Assembly: GCA_950097015.1 (NCBI GenBank)
Contig: CATNEN010000001.1
Coordinates: 22,134,001 to 22,198,000, forward strand
Origin: Macrostomum hystrix
Taxonomy: Eukaryota > Animalia > Platyhelminthes
Length of the DNA: 64,000 nt
Reading direction: 5' to 3'
This document shows, one piece after another, positions 33,567 to 45,695 of the stretch. Numbering within the stretch: position 1 is the stretch's first letter; every line of letters begins with the position of its first letter. A model generated the notes under the pieces. That model was not told the origin of the DNA. It did not search any database and saw only the letters and a list, made by a program, of their open reading frames with translations. The translations under genes and the position numbers were made by a program.

Positions 33567-36042
33567 TTTTCATTCGGAGCTGTCGCATTTTTTAGAAGTT
33601 TCTGAGCACTCAGCTGTCCATTGTGCTCAGCGACTTGCCCAGGCCGCTCACCCTCCAGGTTTGTGGCTTGGAGACTGGCTCCGTGATTCAGAAGATGCTT
33701 GATCACCTGGTTATTGCCAGAAGCGGCTGCAAGGTGCAGGGAGGTGTTTCCATCCAGGTCTACGAGCCCATGCTTGGCCCCCAGTCTGAGCAGCAGTTGA
33801 GCACACTCTGCATGCTCATCTGTCGGATCGCAGCATCCGATGGCGGCCCACATGAGCGGAGTTCTGCAGTCCCAGTCTCTGAGGTCGCAGTTTTGGTTGT
33901 TAACCTCTCCGTCTAGTTGCTTCACATCGCCCTGAGAAGCCAGCTCGCCAAGTCGGACGGCGGTCTGAAATTCGTTATTTTTTATTGATATTCTTTCAGC
34001 TGCATAATAGAGCACGCCACAATAAACTTACCAGGACTTCGCTTTCTGTCTGGTTGAACTTCCATCTGGAAATAATATTTGAAACCACATTTGAGTAAAT
34101 GTGTGCAACTAGTAAGTCTCAAAAGTACTTATATGGTACATTCCAACTGCCTTTTTCGCCATCCACTCACCGAATCAAAGCGCTGCAGATTCGTGTAGCG
34201 TCTAGTTTCCACGCCGTCCAATAGTACTTGGAGAAGTGTTGATCCGATAGACACTCGGATTCAGCCTTGAGAAGCAGTTCCACCAGTTCAATATTCTCAA
34301 TACCAATGGCCTTAGCGAGTTCAATGCAACTTCCATCTTTGTTCCTGGAGACCGCTGCTCCATTCCGCAAGAGCAGCTCTGCGATCGCTACATTTTCCTC
34401 ATCCACAGCGAGCTGCAACGGCGTCCTGTCCTCACAGTCTCTGCAGTTGGGATCTGCTTCGGTCTCAGTCAGCAGCTGCTGTACCAGCGGTGTGTTGCCA
34501 GACAGAACTGCGCAGTGCAAAACCGAGTGTCGGAGAGAATCAGCGCTTCGAACATCAGCTCCTTTGTCGATCAAAATGTGAGCACACTCGGCATGTGACT
34601 CGCTGCCCTGAGCAAAGTCTTCCAGCGAAGCAGCTGCAGCACACAGCAGAGCAGTGCGATGAGGGAGATCAACTTGCCTCTCATCCACTGATGATGGGCT
34701 TGAACCCGCGATTCGAGCCACCAACGCTGCGTTCCCGTCCGCTGCCGCCTGGTGCAGAGAGACTGGTGCCGTCTGAAAATGCATTTGAGAAATTGAAATC
34801 AGCTTGAAGTGTGTAAGAAACGGAGGACTTGCTGCCATTCTGACGTCACTCACCAAGGGTGTTAAACTTGGTGTCGCCCGTTCATATGCAGAACTTCGCA
34901 ACTCCCTGTAAGGAGGTTAGTCGTTTATTTGTTCATGCTTTAAAAATAACAAGTTTTTAGATATACGCTCGTAGATGAAACATGATTAGTGCGTACCGTC
35001 TTTCCACGATGTCCAGCCAACTTCCTGTCGTTCTGCACGGAACAGCCAGGCAAAAGAAGTGAATCGAGAAATTGTTGTCGTCCACCATTAACTTGAGTAG
35101 AAGTCGAACTGATGTCAGCAGAAGTTCATCGTCTTTATATTTCTCTGGGATGGGGTGCGCAGCCGTCAGCCGTGTTTTGAAACTGCTGTACTTGTCCTCA
35201 CAGTCATCAAAGGCTGTCACTGTGACAGTTACGGACCCGCTGCTTGCTTCAAACTCAATCAGGCTTGTGTCGTGGTTCGGCAGTCTGTCGTGCTGGTGAT
35301 CTGCGCCCTTTTCGCTCAGGTACCAGTTGCTCATGCCAAGTTCATCAAAGAGCACACAAATGTGGATTGGCGTTGAGTTGCGTGACGCCGAGGCCATCAA
35401 CAGCTTTTGTAGTTCTTCCACAAACCGCAAGGGCTGCTCACCCTTCAAGTCAAACGGTAGCCAGCCTAGAGGACACTCGGCTCCATCGTTGACTCGAATG
35501 CACAGGCTTGAGCCCTCCTCGGAGGCGGTGAGGAGTTTAGCGTCCGCAACCCGCACGAGATGCAGCAGCAAAAAGGCGGAGGAGAGAAAGCCAGCGATTC
35601 GCTTTTGATTTGGCCGTCTCTCGAAATCGAACAAACTCTCTGCCAAGGCAAGGTCGCACTGAAGCCTCAGCTCCGAGATCTGGCAGCCTTTGAGGCAGTT
35701 GAAGGCCACTCGAAATAAGTCGTAAAGTAGAAACTGACGGTGCTCATCGTTGCTTGGCAAATTCAGAGGGCTCCCATTGTCTAGAATCCGGCAAACTACC
35801 GAGTGATAGGGCGACATCCATGTGAAGTCGGACTTGTGAGAAGAGCTCTTGGCTTCGTTGGGGTTCGAAATGGACAGGACAAGCTCGCACATTCGATCTG
35901 CCTCTGATGGCGATGATGGCAGCAGCTTCAGCAGTGGAGGCTCTCCGGGAATCCGAGGCAGCGGCAGATCAGCATTCCGATTAATGCGGCAGGTTTTGAG
36001 CAGCTCACTGAGGACACCACCGTATAAACTGAGCAGGGCCAT
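33567..36042 (-). CDS. Duplicate cassette (copy 2) of exons 1-5: N-terminal domain + two ankyrin exons
   Basis: Exons 34997-36042, 34854-34905, 34171-34772, 34032-34065, 33567-33964; ORFs and splice sites intact. Confidence 0.75.
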
Positions 36043-38347
36043 GCTGTGGTGTTTAATGCGGAGCGAAGCAGCTTTGCAGTTTTTTCTCTAGAGCTTTCAC
36101 GCGTAGTTTTGATAAGAAATAAAATGGAATGAAAAAATGCTCGTATGTTTCTGCTGACAGTCACAAAGCTTTTTTCAGGAAAAAAGGATGACACAGTTCT
36201 TGTGGCTTGGCTTTTATGGCATCGTAATTCAGGCCTTTCTCAACGACTCAGACCGAGTGATTATGCAACAATGGATAGCTCGCATGTTGGAGAGAAAGGA
36301 TGGATGAAATGTCTCCAACGAAACTTTCCCTGACTGCCTTATAATTATCCCAGTTGCACCGGAATAGAAAATGTACTTCATTTTCGATCCCGACTTTGCA
36401 CTTCGGGCAAATTCTGTTTCCATAAGGGATTTTCGGGTGAACAGAACGCAGAGTTTCGCAGGCCAGTCTGTGATTTCCTAAACGAAAATCTGACAGTATG
36501 CGCCTGTGTTCCGGATTTGAAACATTTTATAGATTTTTTTCACGTCAAAAATCCACTTGAAACTGCAGTAGAAATGGCTGAGCTTTGTAGAATTTTGCAC
36601 CTTGTCTGCAGTGTCCTAGGAAATCACTATGAAAGTTTTCCCTGTGAATTTGAACAGACTGTGTCTTTGAGCTCAGAGAACAGATTTGCAGTACAACACT
36701 TCTCTTTTTTGTTGCAATGCCTACTTCGCTGTATTCCGGGTCACGTATAAGCTTTGATATAATGGAGTCTGGGCGATGAGATAGGCATGACCAGAACTGG
36801 AGGCTTCTTTTCTGTATATCATATAATAGAGGCAGTCTACCAAGTTCTGATCGGGCCCCATTGCTGTCAGTATTTTGACTGAGCTGTAGTATTGCCTTGC
36901 AGTTCCTAAAGTTAATTCTCTCTATTAAGCCCCGATCCCAGGGTCCCCAGTTCCAAGAAACAAAGGTGCCCCAGGCCTCTGGGGCATACAGGACTATGCT
37001 TTCAAACATGGCTGTGCAGAACAGCATTAGCTGCTTAAATTTGACGCTTCGGAATCCTGCCAACTTCCTAAGAAAAATTATTGGGTAGTCACACTTTTTG
37101 CTAACTTCTATGGCGTGGGTATCGACTGTCCCCTTCGAGTTCATGTTAAATCCCAGGTATTTCCACTCTTGAACTGGTTCCCCAGTCGACACTGCATTAT
37201 CAAATTATTTGCCCTTTTTGTTGGGGAGTCACATTGCCAAAGCTTCGTTTTTGTAATATTTATTTCGTTTTTTGAAGCAAAAATCTGCTCCTTTGTCTAG
37301 ACCCTTTTGTAGTTCTGTTAGATCTTCGCCGAAAATAACTAGGCCATCACAATAGAGTAAGTAGTTGATTTCTTCATTCATTATATCGGTGTTGATGTGG
37401 AATGACTCATTTAACATAGCACTCAATGGGCCTATGCATAGGGAAAATGGTAGCTGCGACAAGGGACAACCTTGTCTCACGCCATTTGTGATTGGACGGG
37501 CCTTTGTTGCTGTACTTTCCTATGTCCTTATCTGGAAATTTCCTTTTGTGCATATGCTCTGAATCATTTTCATGATTGACGGGTTCACATAAAGATCTTT
37601 TTGTCATTTGATCAAGGTCGAGTGGTTAACCATATCAGAGGCACTTTTAAGATAGAAAAATACTAGATGAAAGGCATTTTCTTTCGTCTTTTGCTCTGAA
37701 TCAGTGTGAGCAGGGTGGCAATGTGGTCCGAAGTTCTATGACCTTTTTTGCTTTCGATTTGATTAGAAGACAATAATAAAAATTTAAATTTGGTCATCGA
37801 GTTTGCCGTAGATAATTGATGCGAACAAACGTGTTATCGCAGGTAGCACACTGATGGGCCTATAGTTTTCGGGGTCGATCGTTTCTGGGTCCTCTTTTGT
37901 AAATCGGGGTTGCTAACGCGACAGACCACGGCTGAGGTGTATAACCGAGTCTAAGTATTGCGTTGGATAGCTTAAGCAGCACGGGTTTTATTACTGCAAT
38001 TGCATACAAAATGTGCTCGTCAGCTATCCCATCTATTCCTGCAGCCTTTCTTTTCTTTAGTTTTTTAACCGCCTTATCAATATCCTCAGCACTTATTGTT
38101 TCTATCGCCTGATTCCCTCCCGGACACTGATGTTGAAGACCAGCTGACCTCATTAATAATACAATACAATTCGGCCTCGCTGCTTCTAGGCAACACAAAA
38201 CGCGCTACTTTCTTTCCAAAATTGACTCCGCATAAGGAATCTACAACCAGTGTTTGATATAAATGCTCTAAGAATACACCATTGCTAACTCTTGCTATTA
38301 TCCTTAGCAGCTGCACAAGTCATTGCAAGTAAAATATGTTCTCTTAC

Positions 38348-40823
38348 TTTTCATTCGGAGCTGTCGCATTTTTTAGAAGTTTCTGAGCACTCAGCTGTCC
38401 ATTGTGCTCAGCGACTTGCCCAGGCCGCTCACCCTCCAGGTTTGTGGCTTGGAGACTGGCTCCGTGATTCAGAAGATGCTTGATCACCTGGTTATTGCCA
38501 GAAGCGGCTGCAAGGTGCAAGGAGGTGTTTCCATCCAGGTCTACGAGCCCATGCTTGGCCCCCAGTCTGAGCAGCAGTTGAGCACACTCTGCATGCTCAT
38601 CTGTCGGATCGCAGCATCCGATGGCGGCCCACATGAGCGGAGTTCTGCAGTCCCAGTCTCTGAGGTCGCAGTTTTGGTTGTTAACCTCTCCGTCTAGTTG
38701 CTTCACATCGCCCTGAGAAGCCAGCTCGCCAAGTCGGACGGCGGTCTGAAATTCGTTATTTTTTATTGATATTCTTTCAGCTGCATAATAGAGCACGCCA
38801 CAATAAACTTACCAGGACTTCGCTTTCTGTCTGGTTGAACTTCCATCTGGAAATAATATTTGAAACCACATTTGAGTAAATGTGTGCAACTAGTAAGTCT
38901 CAAAAGTACTTATATGGTACATTCCAACTGCCTTTTTCGCCATCCACTCACCGAATCAAAGCGCTGCAGATTCGTGTAGCGTCTAGTTTCCACGCCGTCC
39001 AATAGTACTTGGAGAAGTGTTGATCCGATAGACACTCGGATTCAGCCTTGAGAAGCAGTTCCACCAGTTCAATATTCTCAATACCAATGGCCTTAGCGAG
39101 TTCAATGCAACTTCCATCTTTGTTCCTGGAGACCGCTGCTCCATTCCGCAAGAGCAGCTCTGCGATCGCTACATTTTCCTCATCCACAGCGAGCTGCAAC
39201 GGCGTCCTGTCCTCACAGTCTCTGCAGTTGGGATCTGCTTCGGTCTCAGTCAGCAGCTGCTGTACCAGCGGTGTGTTGCCAGACAGAACTGCGCAGTGCA
39301 AAACCGAGTGTCGGAGAGAATCAGCGCTTCGAACATCAGCTCCTTTGTCGATCAAAATGTGAGCACACTCGGCATGTGACTCGCTGCCCTGAGCAAAGTC
39401 TTCCAGCGAAGCAGCTGCAGCACACAGCAGAGCAGTGCGATGAGGGAGATCAACTTGCCTCTCATCCACTGATGATGGGCTTGAACCCGCGATTCGAGCC
39501 ACCAACGCTGCGTTCCCGTCCGCTGCCGCCTGGTGCAGAGAGACTGGTGCCGTCTGAAAATGCATTTGAGAAATTGAAATCAGCTTGAAGTGTGTAAGAA
39601 ACGGAGGACTTGCTGCCATTCTGACGTCACTCACCAAGGGTGTTAAACTTGGTGTCGCCCGTTCATATGCAGAACTTCGCAACTCCCTGTAAGGAGGTTA
39701 GTCGTTTATTTGTTCATGCTTTAAAAATAACAAGTTTTTAGATATACGCTCGAAGATGAAACATGATTAGTGCGTACCGTCTTTCCACGATGTCCAGCCA
39801 ACTTCCTGTCGTTCTGCACGGAACAGCCAGGCAAAAGAAGTGAATCGAGAAATTGTTGTCGTCCACCATTAACTTGAGTAGAAGTCGAACTGATGTCAGC
39901 AGAAGTTCATCGTCTTTATATTTCTCTGGGATGGGGTGCGCAGCCGTCAGCCGTGTTTTGAAACTGCTGTACTTGTCCTCACAGTCATCAAAGGCTGTCA
40001 CTGTGACAGTTACGGACCCGCTGCTTGCTTCAAACTCAATCAGGCTTGTGTCGTGGTTCGGCAGTCTGTCGTGCTGGTGATCTGCGCCCTTTTCGCTCAG
40101 GTACCAGTTGCTCATGCCAAGTTCATCAAAGAGCACACAAATGTGGATTGGCGTTGAGTTGCGTGACGCCGAGGCCATCAACAGCTTTTGTAGTTCTTCC
40201 ACAAACCGCAAGGGCTGCTCACCCTTCAAGTCAAACGGTAGCCAGCCTAGAGGACACTCGGCTCCATCGTTGACTCGAATGCACAGGCTTGAGCCCTCCT
40301 CGGAGGCGGTGAGGAGTTTAGCGTCCGCAACCCGCACGAGATGCAGCAGCAAAAAGGCGGAGGAGAGAAAGCCAGCGATTCGCTTTTGATTTGGCCGTCT
40401 CTCGAAATCGAACAAACTCTCTGCCAAGGCAAGGTCGCACTGAAGCCTCAGCTCCGAGATCTGGCAGCCTTTGAGGCAGTTGAAGGCCACTCGAAATAAG
40501 TCGTAAAGTAGAAACTGACGGTGCTCATCGTTGCTTGGCAAATTCAGAGGGCTCCCATTGTCTAGAATCCGGCAAACTACCGAGTGATAGGGCGACATCC
40601 ATGTGAAGTCGGACTTGTGAGAAGAGCTTTTGGCTTCGTTGGGGTTCGAAATGGACAGGACAAGCTCGCACATTCGATCTGCCTCTGATGGCGATGATGG
40701 CAGCAGCTTCAGCAGTGGAGGCTCTCCGGGAATCCGAGGCAGCGGCAGATCAGCATTCCGATTAATGCGGCAGGTTTTGAGCAGCTCACTGAGGACACCA
40801 CCGTATAAACTGAGCAGGGCCAT
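38348..40823 (-). CDS. Duplicate cassette (copy 3) of exons 1-5: N-terminal domain + two ankyrin exons
   Basis: Exons 39778-40823, 39635-39686, 38952-39553, 38813-38846, 38348-38745; ORFs and splice sites intact. Confidence 0.75.
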
Positions 40824-41412
40824 GCTGTGGTGTTTAATGCGGAGCGAAGCAGCTTTGCAGTTTTTTCTCTAGAGCTTTCACGCGTAGTTTTGATAAGAAA
40901 TAAAATGGAATGAAAAAATGCTCGTATGTTTCTGCTGACAGTCACAAAGCTTTTTTCAGGAAAAAAGGATGACACAGTTCTTGTGGCTTGGCTTTTATGG
41001 CTTCGTAATTCAGGCCTTTCTCAACGACTCAGACCGAGTGAGTGCAGTGCAACAATGGATAGCTCGCATGTTGGAGAGTAAGAAGCTTCTCTGCATTTTA
41101 GCTGCATAACGATGGCATATGCCAGTGTGCATAGAATGTATTCATAGCTAAGCTATGCATTTTCCTTTTTGTGCTCGGGTCTTATGGTTAACTTAAGAGC
41201 GTACTGGTCGGTTGTATTGTGACCATGAGACTATTGTGCTAGTCTTTGACAACCCTCACGAGAAAATTCTTCTTGGATCGATGAAAAGAGAGAAAGAGAA
41301 AACTTCCAATGGGGTCGAAAATTGTCTGTCTCAAAGCAACAAAAGCAGCCATCCCACTGCGCGTCGATAGAATAAAAACGAAATTAAAACGTATTTAGTC
41401 TGAATACACAGA

Positions 41413-42591
41413 ATGGCAGATAAGAAAATCATTGAATTTTTTTGCAGTGAGGTAGCTTTAAAAAGACAGCAAGTAATGGACTGGCGGCAGCCAAGGATAG
41501 AGGAGAGATTTAGCGAGGACCTTCTAAGAGACCTCGCCAACATCAGCGGCGAGCATGTGCCAGCAGTCCGGGAGATTTCCGCTCTGCTAACGGTTCTGAC
41601 CTCGTGTGAGTCTGCTTTTAAAGAGAATTATAAAAGAGCATTTTCTCTTTTCCTAAGCAAAACATCCGTTGAAAGCATCGGTAGCGTGTCAAGGCCTGTC
41701 TTGCGTGACCATGAAAACCAGCCAGCTGCTCCTCAACCCGATGCTGCGAATCCACTGATTGACAAAGCTTGGCGTCTGACTGACCGAGCTGTGGTCGATG
41801 TTCCCAAATCATACTCAGAGGGCCTTGCCGCCGCTACCCTCTACTTGCTGCTCAGGGATGCTAGCCTCACCTTCATGGTCAGCGGCGGTGGTGGCAACCA
41901 GCGAGCGATTGAGATTCCGTGCCTGCTCGAGATGATTCGCCACAGTGAGAAGCAGGACACAGATAATGATTCGATTCTAAGCGAGTACCTGGCACTGGTT
42001 CACGTCAGCTTTCATCCCGAGTTCAATTTTCCCGGATGTGTTTACTGCCGCGAGAGCAAAAAGTGGGATATCCGCATTACCGTCCCTGGGCGTGGAGACG
42101 TCAAGGTGTCAGTGAAGAGCATAAATTTCGGGCCACCCGAGTACTTCAGCTGCTCTGAAAAGCACAGACTTATTATTAAGAAGCAGGAGGAAAGGGAAAT
42201 TCGATTTGTGGACAGAATCGATGGCGAGAACATACTGCTGCACAACTGCCCGTGCGCCACCTGCATGAGCAACCCTGTGCGGAAGGTGACCAAGACAGAT
42301 TCCAGCGCGCCACTGGAAGGGCTCGAAGGGGACTGTACAGAAAAGTTCAAACATGTCCTTCGTAGCCTGAAATTCGGAGTGGTCTACCTGGTTCACGCCA
42401 ACCTGTACTTCGAGCTGCGCTACGCCCTGATGACATTCGACCAGCAGAAGTTCCGAGGCCGAAGGCTCCACCTGAGATACTTATTCTTGGAGACGCTGCT
42501 GCAGTGCGCTCAGCAGGACGGTGTCCCGGTGCACCAGAAAGTGAATGGAAGAGAGCAGATTCCGACACTCGTTGACAGAACCGGCGGCTGA
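41413..42591 (+). CDS. Single-exon 392-aa protein of unknown function
   Basis: Long, non-repetitive ATG-TGA ORF with AT-rich flanks; Cys pairs (CVYC, CPCATC); no family recognised. Confidence 0.7.
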   Translation: MADKKIIEFFCSEVALKRQQVMDWRQPRIEERFSEDLLRDLANISGEHVPAVREISALLTVLTSCESAFKENYKRAFSLFLSKTSVESIGSVSRPVLRDHENQPAAPQPDAANPLIDKAWRLTDRAVVDVPKSYSEGLAAATLYLLLRDASLTFMVSGGGGNQRAIEIPCLLEMIRHSEKQDTDNDSILSEYLALVHVSFHPEFNFPGCVYCRESKKWDIRITVPGRGDVKVSVKSINFGPPEYFSCSEKHRLIIKKQEEREIRFVDRIDGENILLHNCPCATCMSNPVRKVTKTDSSAPLEGLEGDCTEKFKHVLRSLKFGVVYLVHANLYFELRYALMTFDQQKFRGRRLHLRYLFLETLLQCAQQDGVPVHQKVNGREQIPTLVDRTGG

Positions 42592-43581
42592 ACTCGACAT
42601 TTGCCAACACTCAACTGGATTCAACCAAACTGGTGATGCTGACGGGATGACGTTCGACATAGCATCACATGACCGTGTCTTTTAGCTGTCTTCAAATCCA
42701 CATTTTATTCAACTCTCATCAAAGTTAAAATTATTTCTTCTTGAACTTTAAATCGTAAGCTGCTAAATTTTTCACTTTTCAAACTGATTTTCAGTTTCTT
42801 ACCAGAAATTATCAAATCTGTGCCTTTAGTGCATGAGCTAATTTTGCATAACTTTTATTGTCTAGCGGAAAACTTAGATAGTGGCTTTATGAATTTTCAA
42901 TTTCGCGCCTGTAAAAGTACTTTCAGTTAGCTAATATATCTCTTATCGAGCATCAATTGATGTGATGAATATTTTTCAATTATCATGTATTCGTACGAGA
43001 ATATTAATTAATAATGTTCAGAAGTACATCCGTGTTAAAAATGTAAGTTTTAATACAAATAAAATTACCAGCCATCCGAAAGCATATTGCCTCTATTAAA
43101 AATTCAAAAGAAAAATTTTTTTCCACTTGCATATGGGTCTCTGATGTGGTCAGGATCCATCTGCATGCATGTCTGTGGGTTCTGCAGTCAGCTCAGCAAT
43201 GCTTGAGCAGCAAGTCTCGTGCGCCGTTTATGATTAGCGAAATCAATGCATATTAATCTAAATTGGGCATCAATTGAGATCATTTTAAGTGTCAGTCTAG
43301 AAACCAAATAACCATGTAAAGGTCGACACAGAGCTCGAACAACCGCTTAACAAGTCTTTGTTTTGAAGGCATAAGTACAAGTGAGTCTGCATCGTCTCCT
43401 TGTAAACTTTTTTGTTTCGCTGCAGTTGACTCTGTTTGATTGTACTCGCGATCCTTGAGAAAATACTGCACATATTTGTACACCTGGTCTAGTAAGACTC
43501 TCTTGTAATTTCCACACAAGAGTGCGACCTGCTACGAGTATGTTCACAGAAGCATGCGTCTGGCAACCACGAAGTGCAAAC

Positions 43582-44283
43582 CTAGACAGACAAACTGCAT
43601 GCCACAGACAGACAAAGTGCATGCCCCAGACAGACAAACTGCATGCCCCAGACAGACAAAGTGCATGCCCCAGACAGTCAAAGTGCATGCCCCAGACAGT
43701 CAAAGTGCATGCCCCAGACAGACAAACTGCATGCCCCAGACAGACAAAGTGCATGCCACAGACAGACAAAGTGCATGCCACAGACAGACAAACTGCATGC
43801 CACAGACAGACAAACTGCATGCCACAGACAGACAAAGTGCATGCCACAGACAGACAAAGTGCATGCCACAGACAGACAAAGTGCATGCCACAGACAGACA
43901 AACTGCATGCCACAGACAGACAAAGTGCATGCCACAGACAGACAAAGTGCATGCCACAGACAGACAAAGTGCATGCCACAGACAGACAAAGTGCATGCCA
44001 CAGACAGACAAACTGCATGCCACAGACAGACAAAGTGCATGCCACAGACAGACAAAGTGCATGCCACAGACAGACAAAGTGCATGCCACAGACAGACAAA
44101 GTGCATGCCACAGACAGACAAAGTGCATGCCACAGACAGACAAACTGCATGCCACAGACAGACAAAGTGCATGCCACAGACAGACAAAGTGCATGCCACA
44201 GACAGACAAAGTGCATGCCACAGACAGACAAAGTGCATGCCACAGACAGACAAACTGCATGCCACAGACAGACAAAGTGCAAA
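43582..44283. repeat. 22-bp minisatellite, ~32 copies
   Basis: Unit cacagacagacaaa(g/c)tgcatgc. Confidence 0.97.
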
Positions 44284-44454
44284 CGGAGGTGTGGCAGAGC
44301 GCGTTTGCCTCTCGCACCAAAATTGCTGAGCTCGATTCCGCGGCGAGGCCACAGTTTATCTATTTGGAGCGCAGCTCCGGAAAGAAGGCTTGGAGGCTTG
44401 TTGTGCAATTTAAGCCCTTAGAGCCAACCTCCAATGCACAGCGAAAATGTACAC

Positions 44455-44797
44455 TGCCTGACGATGAGAACATCAGGGCAGATGTAACACCTGTAGCTCT
44501 TCAATGTGGCCAACCTTCGCGTGGAGGAGAGTGGACAGGAAATTTCCTGGCAAAACAGTCACAAGGAAAAGACGTTTGGAAGGAGGCGAGTAGGAAACTC
44601 TAACCGACTTACCGGCCCTTTTCAGCAACGACATCTGGAGATGGCCGAACCGGATGTCGGGATGTCGGGATGTCGGGATAAATCAGGCTAAACCACCCCT
44701 CAGGGGTAAGAAGGAGAGCGTGGCGAGAAGGAGGACGTGCGTAAGACCCTGAGGGAGCCAAGCCGAAAGGCGATAACGGGCCACGGCCAAGAAGAAG
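44455..44797 (+). mobile_element. Short non-autonomous retroposon with (AAG)n tail, possibly Ingi-mobilised
   Basis: Flanked by direct repeat ATGTACAC (44447-44454 and 44798-44805); ends gggccacggcc-aagaagaag. Confidence 0.55.
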
Positions 44798-45695
44798 ATG
44801 TACACACCTGTGTGAGTGTATGCCTGCGTATGGTAACTGTGTGCGTGTGTGCTCAGGAGTCAGCGAATTGGGCAGAACTGCCTCCAGTAAAAATACAAAT
44901 ATTTTTATATTATGTTTTAGATACCACAGACAGACAAAGCTACATACCTACAGTTGCTATGAAATGGAAAGAACAAAAGCAAGGAACAGGCGCAGAAAAA
45001 CATGTTTTTATGTCCAAACTTGTGCCACTGCAGAGTCGGTGTGACACAAGCGTGCCTGACCAAAGCCCTCATTCTGCTCTCTTCTGCCTCATCCGAGAGG
45101 TTGCGCGGACACGTGAAGCTTCTATTTAGTCTTTCTATTTGAATCCAATTTCCAGGCTTTGAGTGGCAAATTTAGTTAGAAAAAAGCACAGGGGAAAAAG
45201 AGTAGGAGGAGAAAACCGGACTGCGGCTGCTTGCACAGAAACAGGATCGGCGGGGCGGCAGCGCGGGGCCTGCAGGGGGGATTGAGGCGCGCCCTTCTCG
45301 GGCAACCGGGCAGCAATAAAAAATCACTCAGCAGTTCATCTTCGAGGCGGGACATTGTGCGGGGACGTGAGTTGAATTATCGGGGGAGGGGAATCGTTCA
45401 GATTTCAATTTTAAACACCGAGCTGCAAGATTGACCCGGCTTTAACAGACAAACAAACAACACTGATTATAACAAACGTGGCTTAAACAGAGTATTCATA
45501 TAAGTTATATAAGCATTCCGTTGGGCTTGCAAACATAGCTAAACAAATAAGGTGACAGTTGGGACTCACAGAGAGGAATTGAAAGGGGAGAGGGATTAGG
45601 GGGAGCTAGTTAGAGAGAACAGACACGGTAGCGACCCGGCCGGCGCCCGCCGCTGCCCGCCTTAGCGATCCGTTCCCTGGTCTCTGTCAAGTTTG

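Larger units (their letters stand above)
27049..41078. repeat. 4781-bp tandem segmental duplication, ~2.9 near-identical copies
   Basis: ORFs recur at +4781 and +9562 (e.g. 30176/34957/39738); a few copy-specific SNPs (CKAIL/CQAIL, RHTVL/RHSVL). Confidence 0.97.

Noticed and set aside
43150-44420. Possible minus-strand exons flanking the 22-bp satellite (e.g. 43292-43519)
   Set aside because: No recognisable domain, stops in the adjacent segments, and no consistent exon chain could be built.
43347-44603. 200-350-aa Cys-rich ORFs on both strands
   Set aside because: Artefacts of the 22-bp minisatellite.
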